Notes under the pieces: generated by a model | Seen by the model: the letters and a program-made list of their open reading frames with translations, nothing else | Databases searched by the model: none | What the model was told of the DNA's origin: nothing | Position numbers and translations under genes: made by a program | From: Octopus sinensis | Taxonomy: Eukaryota | DNA: 64,000 bases | Reading direction: 5' to 3' | NCBI RefSeq assembly: GCF_006345805.1 | Contig: NC_042999.1 | Coordinates: forward strand, 144,708,001 to 144,772,000 | Shown here: one piece after another, positions 1-10,869 of the stretch | Layout of the letters: the number at the start of each line of letters is the position of its first letter | How positions within the stretch are numbered: position 1 is the stretch's first letter

Positions 1-283
1 CCTCAAAGTCATCAGAAATAATACAAAAAGATTAGCACAAAATGCTAATTTCTACTTCATCAAACAATATATAACTCTTGTTTTGTTTCTAATTAAATTC
101 ATGTTCATACTGACTCTCAATATTCCACTGATACTAGTGATAATCCTTATTTCATTTACACCTATACGTTTGATAAATGAAACTTTATGAACTTGCTTTT
201 ACTGGCCTAACTTCTATTTCCAACTCATGATGCTTTTTTTTTAAAATCCTCCAGCCAATTATACTATATATCATACTTTTTTT

Positions 284-289
284 TTTATT
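284..289 (-). terminator. Candidate polyadenylation signal of gene X
   Basis: AATAAA on the - strand 55 nt after TGA 346-344. It is adjacent to a genomic A-run, so it could be fortuitous. Confidence 0.35.
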
Positions 290-343
290 TACAGTAGCTA
301 ATGTCTTAACTCACTTTCTTCATTTCACTATACCTTCTTGTTA

Positions 344-443
344 TCAAATCTTGAACCACCAATAAATGGTATTTGTACCTCTTAGATCAGATGTAATATA
401 ATGGGATTTCTTCAGCCTTTTCATACTCATAGAATCTCTTAGA
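344..443 (-). CDS. Gene X, putative terminal coding exon
   Basis: Strong acceptor tttccctaaaacttttctcctag|. The phase-2 frame reads LRDSMSMKRLKKSHYITSDLRGTNTIYWWFKI*, which repeats the exon 2/3 motif. AATAAA lies 55 nt after the stop. Confidence 0.55.
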
Positions 444-883
444 CTAGGAGAAAAGTTTTAGGGAAATTTCAGATTATTTTCAAATGATATTTGTAAAGCA
501 AATAATATAGCCATAATGCAAATAAACATTAAAATAACATTGTGTCAGCCTAAACTAGTTATTATTTTTTACAATAATAGATTAAAAATGCAACTTCATA
601 ACTAAGACTTAGATGAGCCTGTTTCTGCTCCTTGGTATTTCGATGTATATTTATCAGACAAATGTTAAAAACTGAATCCTTTGTATTTTAACTTACAGAA
701 ATTAATTTTGTTACTTTGATAAATATCTACTAAGGTTTTATAATAAAAAGACTCATTAACATCCTTATATATATAGTCACTATAGAATTTTAGTGCCTTT
801 TGGTGCACTCAAGTGTGTTAATTTTACTTTAGAATTAGAAACCAGTTACATTGATACCATTTCTACAGATTATAAAAACACAC

Positions 884-1145
884 ACTTTGGTGAAAACTAT
901 CTTCAACTGGTGCCGTTCCTCCATTAGCTCGCAGTAGCCTATAGAACTTATTTTCACATAGTTTGTCCATCCATGATTCATTGGTAAGTCTCGGGTAATT
1001 TTTGATGGCACCACTGAATTGTCAACTTGTTGTTGATCAATGCTGCCACATTCATCTTTCAGCTGTAACCCTGGATATAAGACCCTTGTTGTGTCATTAG
1101 AAAATAGTTCATCATCAATATTCTTGACACCCAAAACCAACCTAC
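884..1145 (-). CDS. Gene X, putative coding exon 4 (boundaries uncertain)
   Basis: Non-repetitive open frame of about 107 codons (ORF 835-1140): RLVLGVKNIDDELF...LPMNHGWTNYVKISSIGYCELMEERHQLKIVFTK. Phase-1 acceptors are possible at 1145 (poor pyrimidine tract) or 1070. A GTGTGT donor is available after 886 or after 884. Confidence 0.6.
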
Positions 1146-1734
1146 CTATATCTATCTATCTTTCTGTTTGTCTATATAAATATATGTATATGTATGTGTG
1201 TATATAACGTATATGTATGTATGTATGTATGTGTATATCAGGCATCTGCCATCAGTAATTACTCAGGGTAGGCAGTTGGCGACCTTTATGTAGTAAAACA
1301 CACAAAAAGTAAGTGAAATACAGGTGCATGGCTGAGTTGAGGCAGATCTATTTCTACCTTTATAGCACATAAAGGAAACAGTGTTGTAGAAATGTACACA
1401 GCATGTGTACTACAGTACTATGTGTAGCTTAAATACTGAGATTAAAAAGCAGGGGCAAATTATGCCTACTTAATCTATAAAAAAAATAAAACATTTTGAA
1501 TTTTATGCATAGTAATCATAGTAATCATAATTTTATTGAATTCGGTGCATATTTTGCCATGAGAGCAAAATGTTGCTATTGATCTATTTTATTCAAAGTA
1601 CCTTGCTTACCTAGGCAGCATGTTCCTGGTGTATATATATGTTCACACACACACACATACACAAACACACATGCACACACACATACATGTATGTATGCAA
1701 GCACACACACACACTCTCTCTGTGTATATTATAT

Positions 1735-2060
1735 ATATTGGCAGAGATATGGACAAGGTAATCAGAGTAGTTAGAGCATGTGGTAGGATAATTAAGCTTA
1801 GGCTAGTCTTAGAAAATATGACAGCAACTCATATCTCTGCCTCTGCTCAGCAATCAGAACTGATGGATGAACATAGGGACCATTTTTCCAATGCTGTTTT
1901 GCAGATTACCTTAATAATGAATAACAATAACATTATCATTATGGCTGGTGTCTTCAGCAGATATGTTGGGTAGCATCTTGTGGATGGAAGTTATGGATTT
2001 TGTTCTAGGAAGGAGAAAGGAAGAAGACTCTTGGCATTCTGTGATGCAAAGATCTAAGTA
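1735..2060 (+). mobile_element. RTE LINE endonuclease fragment
   Basis: DKVIRVVRACGRIIKLRLVL..ISASAQQ parallels the 30.6-kb copy. Confidence 0.75.
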
Positions 2061-2429
2061 TCTGCCAGTTACTCTGATTTAAATACTATGAAATTGTCAA
2101 GACAGATATATGCACGTGACTATAGCTACCACTACTATAGCCTAAGGCTTTTCTACATCCTTTTCTCCTCTTTCACATTTCAGTATTTGTTTGTTGACAT
2201 AGTTTCTATGACTGGATATTCTTCCTAACACCAACCACTTTACAATATGTATTGGGTGTTTTTTTTCATGCCACCAATACTGGTGATGTCACCATGCAGC
2301 TGAGGCTTCAAGCTTCAGGTTGGGTAGGGGGACTTTATGCCAGGAGAATAAGTAGAGAGAGTTGAAGTATGAGAGAAAAGAGTCGGAGCAAGTAGGTTTC
2401 TTGCTAAAGAGAAGGTAAATGATTATTCA

Positions 2430-3370
2430 TGTTTTAAAAGAGAGTGTGTGGGGAGCTAGAAATTGGTGATGAAGTGTTAGAGTGAACCTATAAGGTACAA
2501 GATAGATAGGAATGAATAGGGCAAAAGTGTCAGAAGTGAGTGGTAGGTGTTGAGCATGTCTAGTGTAGGTCGACAGAATAGATATATAGAATTTATACCA
2601 ACTCCTTTGCTGTGTGTCAAACAAGGCCATTCACCTGAAAGTACCAGGGTCTTATCCTCTTTCCTACCTACCAAAATCTTTGCCTTTGCTAGGTTTACTT
2701 TTGTCATTGCTAGGTCTTTGTTAGACCACTCAGTCCCAGGTTAAGTTTCCATGCCTGGAATTTTCACCCTAATTTCCCTATAGATTTAGCTACAAGATCA
2801 ATATATATGAGTTCCCATAGACAGCCAGTCTTATATTCCTCAATGATAGCCTCTAGGACTATTGTAAATAGGGGAGGACTGAGGAATGAATCTTAATGGT
2901 ATCCTATCTTCATGCTAGATTTGTTGCTGACTCTCACTTTACTTACTTTATAGCTTGCACGGTCCTTGCAAGTCATTCATCAACACCTAGTTTCCTCAAT
3001 AATCACAACATTACTGAATGTGGTAATTTAAATGCTTTCCCAAATCAATGAAAGCCAGGAATAGCCGAGTATTTCTCATGCAGTTGCCTCACTAGGAAGA
3101 TTGTATCTATGGTATCTCTTCTAGGGACAAAGCCAAACAGCATCTCATCCAGGTCTACAGATTAATTGGGCTATGAATTTCTCCATGACCTTCATAACCT
3201 TGTCTTGTAGTTTGATTCTTCTATGGATGCTTCTCCCTAAAACATCTCCTTTGCTTTTGTAGCAGTTTACAGTGATACTGCTAAACTACTTATTGGAAAT
3301 GATATTAGTTGATTAAAAATCTAGGTGGTGATCTTGTATCATACCTCCCCAAATATTTTAAGCATTTCTG
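2430..3370 (-). mobile_element. RTE LINE RT fragment, internally deleted
   Basis: The - strand reads LDEMLFGFVPRRDTIDTIFLVRQLHEKY, and ORF 2477-2707 shows VNLAKAKILVGRK..WPC. Confidence 0.75.
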
Positions 3371-3703
3371 CAACTATTCCTGATAGATCTGCTGCTTTTC
3401 CTCTACTCGTATTCTTGTTTTACCTACTGCACTGCTGTTGATCTCACACAAACAGTACTATTTTATTGTGCAAACAAATTGTCCGTCTACCACAATTTTA
3501 GCATTATATAGATTATATCCACTTACTCCTTCTTATCTGTGCCTTTTGACACTTGTAGGTCAAACTTCAATAACTTACTGTTCAGATTAATTTACAGCCA
3601 TATTAAAAATCATTATCAAAAATTCCATATTCATGTTATAGCATTGCTTTCATTGCAATTTGCAATAAACTCTTTCATACTAATGCAATTTACCAACACT
3701 TAC

Positions 3704-3788
3704 AATGGTCTGTAAGAATGATATTCAACCAGTAAATTGTTCTGGTGCCCAGTAAATCAAAGAAGGGCTTGTGAATTTCTAAAAGCCT
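3704..3788 (-). CDS. Gene X, putative coding exon 3
   Basis: Acceptor tttttgtttctttatttcatataag|, donor |GTAAGT, 85 nt, phase 0 to 1, with only one open frame: RLLEIHKPFFDLLGTRTIYWLNIILTDH. Confidence 0.7.
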
Positions 3789-4369
3789 CTTATATGAAAT
3801 AAAGAAACAAAAATATGAATAACTCGCAGTTGTCTTCCATTATATTATTCATAAAGGTTAAGGTTATCTAAGATGTGGTTCTTCAGATATATTTTCTTTT
3901 TTCATTTTTTTTTTCACCAGGACTTATTCATTTTTCTCATTAAATTAACAATTGCCTCACATAGTGGAGGAACAAGTAATGATAGCTACAAATATACTGA
4001 AAGCTGTTGCTTTACATTCAGTCAACCTGTATCATGTCACAAAGTTTGACCTTCTCACTTTCGGAGTTGGCTGATATGAACACTCTTTCAATACAAAAAT
4101 AGTAGATAATTTTCAAGTGTTATTCTTTCAACTATCCATGGCTTAGATAAAATAAACAGATCAGTCCTTGTTGCCAAGCATTAGGTTTATATGTCTATGC
4201 ATGAATGAGAGTATGATGTGTGTATGTGTGTGTGTGATAAATACACACACACACATCTATATGTAAAGAGTTTGTATAAAAGAAATTTATATGGTCTGAT
4301 CAATAAGTATCCGGACTGTTGCCATAGTGATGAAGCTAAAGTATACAGATTGAAGCTGCTTGGCACATA

Positions 4370-5045
4370 TTGACCTTGAACTCTGCTGTGCATACACACA
4401 AAGTTTGACCATTCTAGCTCACTTCCACTCTTTACAGCAGTGCTTGGAAGGAAGGAGTGTAGTGTGTGATCATCACATTGACTATGACAGAGAAAATTGA
4501 GCAGAGAATCTGCATCAAATTTTGCCATAAGCCTGGTGATACCTGCTCAGAGGCCTATGCAAAGTTTTCAAAAAGTTTTTATCACTCTCGACACAATCAA
4601 GGAAATCTTGTGCAACCAAAACCCAAGTTTCTTTTTGGTCAGCTGAAAGCAGTTTTGGCGCAAACTCAGCAGACATGTATCTCATACCCAAATCTTCAGT
4701 GATAATGGACTGAACTGAACTGTAACTAATCTTCACATCCTCTGATATCTTACAGCTGATGATTTGATGATTTCCTCACAACTGTACACACATCTGTGAT
4801 TTTTTTCTCAGTTCTGCTGGTTGTGGGTCTCCCTGAACATTCATCAACATCGACATTTTTTCAGTCATCTTCGAAATATCTGAACCACTTGTACACTTGT
4901 GTGCAACTCATACACTCCTCTCCATCCACTTTCTGCAACTTTTCTTAGGTCTCTGAACAAGTATCGCCATGACAACTTTCTCTGTCATGTTCAATACGAA
5001 TATCACACACTACACACCTTCCTTCCAAGCAGAAGTGAGCTAAAA
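4370..5045. mobile_element. Two mariner 5' fragments in inverted orientation
   Basis: The + copy (ATG 4484) reads MTEKIEQRICIKFC. The - copy (ATG 4988) continues to EDLGMRYMSAEFAPKLL..NFLKTL. Both share the leader tagctcactt..gcttggaaggaagg.gtgtagtgtgtgat. Confidence 0.8.
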
Positions 5046-5065
5046 CATTAAAACATTAAAACTTA

Positions 5066-5137
5066 GTGCATATGCATTGATATTAGAAAAATGTAGCATC
5101 TGTGCATATGCATTGATATTAGAAAAATGTAGCATCT
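5066..5137. repeat. Perfect 36-bp tandem duplication
   Basis: gtgcatatgcattgatattagaaaaatgtagcatct occurs twice in tandem. Confidence 0.95.
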
Positions 5138-5554
5138 CAAAGCAACATTACTTATTATTAGTGGGCCACTTGGAATGATATCAAAAGGAGCAAACAAATA
5201 TGCAGACCAAATTCCTGGCAGCCTCTAAGTGAGCTGCAAAAGATCGTACTTACAAATACCACATATATTTTAAGTAAATTCCTCTTCATGTAAATACAAC
5301 CTTACTCATTCAGTGTTATTACATTTTTTTTCAGTTGCATGGCATCTTATCTTTTAGTATCTTTAGAAAATCTTGTCCCTCGATGTCTGTGATTGAAAGT
5401 TGGGTGTAGCTTGTATAAATTAAAGCCAAATCAAAACACAACGATGATATGGTAATGATGATGATGATGGTGGTGGTGGTGGCGGCGGTGGTGGTGGTGG
5501 TAGTGGTGGTGATGATGATGGTTGTTGTTGCTGCTACTGTTGTTGTTTCAAATT

Positions 5555-6215
5555 TTGGCATGAGGCCAGTAATTTCGGGGTAGGTGGGTAAGTCAATTAC
5601 ATCCACCCCAGTGCACAACTGGTGCTTATCTTATCAAAGGAAACCGAAGTTGATCTTAGCAAAATTTGAACTCAGAACATAAAGAACCAGAAGAAATGCT
5701 GCTAAGCATTTTGTCCAGCATGCTAACAATTCTGCCAGCTCTCCACCTTTATTTCTAATATAGGCACATAGCTTAAAATTTGGGAGAGGGTGCAAGTCAA
5801 TTACATTGACTGCAGTACTTGATTGATATTTCATTGATCATAATAAGATGAAGGGAAAAGTTCCTCTTGGTACAGTTTCTACTCAGAATGTAAAAAGCAA
5901 GAAGATGCTGCTAAACATTTTGTCTGACATTCTAAAGATTCTGCCAGCTCACCACCTGAATAATAATAATAACTAGCTGGACCTGTGAAAAATTTATGGA
6001 AAACATAAAAGATGTAAGCATCTGTAAACAGTGTACTGGTGCCATGAGAAATGTTTGTATATTATGACCATCTGTCTTTATATTCTGAGTTCAAATTCTA
6101 TTGAGGTCGACTTTGACTTTCGTCCTTTCGGGGTCAGTAGATTAAGTACCAGTTGTGTACTAGGGTCGATCTAATCAACTGGCCCCCTCCCCATAAAAAT
6201 TTCAGGCCTAGAACA
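5555..6215. mobile_element. Cluster of SINE family C copies
   Basis: Shared core ttctgagttcaaatt..gaggtcgactttg.ctttc.tcctttc.gggtc.ataaaataagtaccag, which resembles the Meta-SINE domain as recalled (unverified). Other copies lie at 23830-24030 and 59885-60020. Confidence 0.7.
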
Positions 6216-6719
6216 TTATATTGTGACAGTTACAGAATATAGAAAGCAATGTAACACTAATGACTATATAATCCAACCAAAATATCTGTTATACAAACGT
6301 AAACGGAATTACTTTTTAACTTTAAAATACATTCTTTTACTCGTTTCAGTCATTTGACTCTGGCCATACTGGAGCACTACCTTTAGTCGAGCAAATCGAC
6401 CCTAGAACTTATTCTTTGTAAGCCTAGTACTTACTCCATCAGTCTCTTTTGCCGAACTGCCAAGTTACGGGGACGTAAACACACCAGCATCAGTTGTCAA
6501 GCATTGTTGGGGAGACATACTCACACTCACACAAACATACACACACATACATATACATGACGGGCTTCTTTCAGTTTCCGTCTACCAAATACACTCACAA
6601 GACTTTGGTCAGCTCGAGGCTATAGTAGAAGACACTTGCCCAATGTGCCATGAAGTGGGACTGAACCCGGAACCATGTGGTTGGTAAGTAAGATACTTAC
6701 CACACAGCCACTCCTACGC

Positions 6720-6809
6720 CTTACCACACAGCCACTTACCACACAGCCACTTACAACACAGCCACTTACCACACAACCACTTACCACACAGTCACTTACC
6801 ACACAGCCA
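6720..6809. repeat. Six tandem 15-mers CTTACCACACAGCCA
   Basis: Direct reading. The unit equals the adjacent SINE's 5' end at 6696-6710. Confidence 0.95.
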
Positions 6810-7239
6810 CATTTTACATATTCAAAGAACCTTCTTGGTTTAGTGGTACAGATCAGTTTTTTGGTCTTCTTTTATTCTTTTACTTGTTTCAGTCATATAA
6901 TGGAGACCATGCTGGAGCACCACCCTTTAGTTGAAGAAATTGACCCCTGGATTTATTCCTTGTAAGCCTGGTGCTTATTCTATCAGTCTCTTCAGCTGAA
7001 TAGCTAAATTACAGGGATGCAAACGCATCGAGAATGAAATAATAAATGTATTTAGATGTACAAATTAGTAGTCAAAATAAAAGCTGCTTCCATCACTAAT
7101 AGTTAATTATGCATGTATGTATGTATGTTTAATTAAATACTGACTATGTATTTAAGTTTTATCTTATCTTTTTTATTTATATTGTTCATATTTTCTTATT
7201 GACCTTCTACACTTAGTTTGGAACAGTAAAGTTTCTAAA

Positions 7240-8280
7240 TATATATCTGAGGTTTCTAGACCTTCATAGTTTCATTTTCAAGAATTGAATTTTGAATATA
7301 TTTGGTGTTTGACTATAAATCAAATATCCAATGCTATTAGCGTATCCTGCAAGAGAGTTGAGAATATTCTGCACAATGAATTTGGCATGATGAAGGTTTG
7401 TGCTTTCTTGGGGCCATATCTGATACCTGATCAAAAGCACATTTGGCTGGTCATATTATGGGAAAATGTGACATTGTTTCAGGCAGATCCAGCTGGTTTC
7501 CTTGAATATTTCCTAACTCAGGATGGCTTCATCACTTTGAACCAGAGACAAAAAGACAATACATACAGTGGAAACACCCCTGCTCCAATGAAGATCAAGG
7601 TTGTTTCATCTGCAGAGAAAGTGATGGCCTCAGTTTTTTGGGATGCAAATGGCATTGTGCTCATTGACTATCTTCAAACAGGCCACTCCATCAATGGAGA
7701 GTACTATGCCAACTTATTGAGGCAGTCACAAAAAGCACTCAAGACCAAATACCCAAGAAAACTGATGAAAGGAGACTTGTTTCATTAGGTCACTGCTCTA
7801 GCACACAAGTCCTTGCTTCCAATAGCTGTTGTGCATGACTGTGGCTTTGAACTGGTTGTTCACCCTCTCTATTCCCCTGATTTGGCCCAATCTGACTATC
7901 ATCTATTCCTCAACATGAAAAAACACTTGGCTGGGAACCAGTATCACAGTGATGATGATGTCATATCTGATTCCTTCAAGGTTCTTGAGTCCTGTGTCTG
8001 GTTCCAACATGGCATCACGAGAGAAACAAAAATTGCTGTGTACCATGTATTTATACGGACATCACTCCTTTACTCATGTGAGACATGGACCTTTTTACAG
8101 GCCTCATGTAAGAGTCCTTTTTCGACCAACAGGATGAAGCTTCTTCACGAAGGGGATTCAAGCACTGCAAAACCAAAGGAAGAAGTGTGTGAACTGCAAG
8201 GGGACTATGTTGAAAAATAAACCTCATTTGGTCACATTCTCTAAGGGTATCTTGGTCAGCCTATGAACTCTTCAGATGAT
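7240..8280 (+). mobile_element. Mariner transposon relic
   Basis: KVMASVFWDANGIVLIDYL, INGEYYANLL, HPLYSPDLAQSDYHLF and ..QGDYVEK*. It has stops and frameshifts and is interrupted by an RTE piece at about 7970-8115. Confidence 0.9.
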
Positions 8281-9870
8281 CTTTGTGTGTGCGTGTGTGT
8301 GTGCGCGTGATTATATATAAAATTGTGTGCATACATGCATGCACACATACATAAAATAGGGTCTGCCACATATGACTGATTTATGGCTATTGTGCATTGT
8401 GAGATTGAACAGGTTAGGTGTAAGGTGGAGTAGCAGCAGCAGCTATGAAAGGAATTCAAAGTCTAAGGTAGGATAAATGAATGGTGGGGCAGGGCGTGTT
8501 GTTTTCTGGCTACAGGTGTGGCCTTCTGTTTTATTACTGGACATCAAAGGATTTGATTTATTTGATGAGTGAAGAAGTAAAATAATTCACTTTTGGTCAT
8601 GGCTCTTTAGTAATAAATATTTATATTTTATGTGAAAACACAGAATTATCAAAGCTTTAAAGGCAGTTTATAAACTGTTTTTTTTAAATAAATTATTGTG
8701 GTTGTTGTGCAGTTGTTTAATCTTTTCATTACTGTATTTATTTTGAGACACTCCGTGTTTCTTTGAATGACTTTAAATATAACAAAGAATTTAGTAAAAT
8801 AACTTAGTTATCATTCAGCTAGTATTAGGAAATTCAATTGTGACTAAGGTTTGGTGGAAGATTTTAATTCAAAACTTACGAAAACAAGATATTTGTACTC
8901 AGAGCCAGAGCCTGTTTCAGCTAGGTTGATATTGAAAAGGTTAACCCTGTGTCAGTTCTGATCTCACAGACCTATTACAGCTATGATCATCCAGTCTTTT
9001 ATTTAAATAGTGTATCTTGGACTACATTATCAAATCTTTTATCTTTTATTTATGACTTGTTTCAGCCTTTAGACTGTGGCCATACTGGGGCACTGCCTTG
9101 AAGAATTGACCCAAATATTTATTTTGCATTTTTTTTAATGCCTTGTATTTATTCTATCGGTATCTTTTGCAGGGATGTTAACACACCAACACTGGTTGTT
9201 GTGACAGGGGACAAACACAGATACACACACACACACAATGGGCTTCTTTCAGTTTCTGTCTACGAAATCCACTCACATGGCTTTGGTCATCCTGAAGCTA
9301 TAATAGAAGACACTCAGCCAAGGTGCCATGCAGTGGGACTGAACCTGGAATTATGTGGTTGAGCAATAAACTTCTTACCACAGGGCCATGCTTGTGAACT
9401 TACTTTTTTTGTGTTGGTTAACTCCATTGATAAACCTCGACCAGACAGACATTATAATTGTTTTGTTTTAATGTCCACTTTTCCATGCTGACATGGATTG
9501 GACAAAATTCATTGAAGTAGATTTTCTATGGGTGGATGTCCTTCCTGTCACCAACCCTCCTTTATTTCTAATTGTCAGATTGGAAACTGATGTCCTCCAC
9601 TATTGCTTGTATGATGATGATGCTCATTTGCACCTACTACATAGGCTGAAGAATGCTCAAACACACGCAGGGGCTTCTTTCAGTTTTTGTCTACTAAATC
9701 CACTGACAAGACTTTGGTTGGCCTGTGGCTATGGTGGAGGACATGTGCCCAAGGTGCCATGCAATGGGACTGAACCAGAAATGATGTGGTTGGGAAGCAA
9801 ACTTCTTAACCTCACAACCACACTTGCACCTCATCATCACCATAATAATAATAATGATGATGATGATGAT

Positions 9871-10042
9871 GGAGGCAAAGTGGCTGAGTTCCTTTTGAGC
9901 ATTGGGCCTCACGGAGGCAAAGTGGCTGAGTTCTTTTCAAGTATTAGGCCTCATGGAGACAAAGTGGCTGAGTTACTTTTGAATGTTGGGCCTCACGGAA
10001 GGAGGCAAAATGGCTGAGTTCCTTTCGAGTATTGGGCTCCGC
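9871..10042 (+). repeat. Four tandem 42-bp units (SINE head)
   Basis: ggaggcaaagtggctgagttcctttt..gggcctcac at 9871, 9913, 9955 and 10001. Confidence 0.9.
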
Positions 10043-10869
10043 GGAGGCAATGGCCAAGACCTTTGGCATTATGTCGTGCTAGAGAAGACCCATCAAACTG
10101 AGAAAAACTGCGGTCATGCAAATGGCACTCGTGCTGGTGGCATGTAACTCTCGGAGTGGTTGGCGTTAGGAAAGGCATCCAGCTGTAGAAAACCATACCA
10201 AATCAAACTGGAGTCTAGTGCAGCCTTCCAGCTAAACAGCCCCGGTCAAATTGTCCAACCCATGCCAGCATGGACAACGGACATTAAATGATGATGTTGA
10301 TATATATATATTAAATGATGATGATGATATATATATATATATATAGGCACAGGCATGGCTGTGTGGTAAGAAGCTTGCTTCCCAACCACATGGTTCTGGG
10401 TTCAGTCCCACAGCATGGCCCCTTGGGCAAGTGTCTTCTACTGTAGCTTTAGGCTGACCAAAGCCTTGTGAGTTGGTTTGGTAGTCAGAAACTGGAAGAA
10501 GCCCATCATATGTATATATGTGCATGCATGTGTCCCTGCCATCACTTGACAATTGATGCTGGTGTGTTATGTCCTCATAATTTAGCTGTTTGATAAAAGA
10601 GACCGATAGAATAAGTACTAGGCTTACAAAGAATAAGTCCTGGGGTTGGTTCCTTCGACTAACATCCTTTAAGGCAGTGCTCCAGCATGGCCACAGTCAA
10701 ATGACTGAAACAAGCAAAAGAATAGAAGAATATATATAAAACATGGTGGAAAACTGGATGTTCCTATAGAACAATTTGTGACTAGTGCAAAGTTCTTTCT
10801 TGACCTGAAGTGACATGGTGGTGGAATTGTGTAGTTGATAGGACCTTTAGAGAAAAGAAACAAACCTGG

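Noticed and set aside
112-162. 51-nt minus-strand exon candidate (GVNEIRIITSISGILRV)
   Set aside because: It fits only if the previous exon uses a weak GTACAA donor that would cut through the conserved GTxTIYW motif. It cannot be excluded without RNA data.
315-443. Selenocysteine or readthrough exon (SKRFYEY..YI*SKRYKYH.. with one in-frame TGA between a good acceptor and donor)
   Set aside because: The alternative frame carries the conserved repeat motif, and I saw no SECIS or selenoprotein context. It is kept only as an alternative reading in the gene X finding.
697-729. 30-33 nt minus-strand micro-exon ending at GTAAGT (696)
   Set aside because: It cannot end in the phase required by the repeat-bearing frame of the next exon (in-frame TAA).
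5331-5433. Minus-strand YTQLSITDIEGQDFLKILKDKMPCN* as an exon
   Set aside because: It has a stop before any donor, its phase is incompatible with exon 2, and the rest of the ORF is trinucleotide repeat and SINE.
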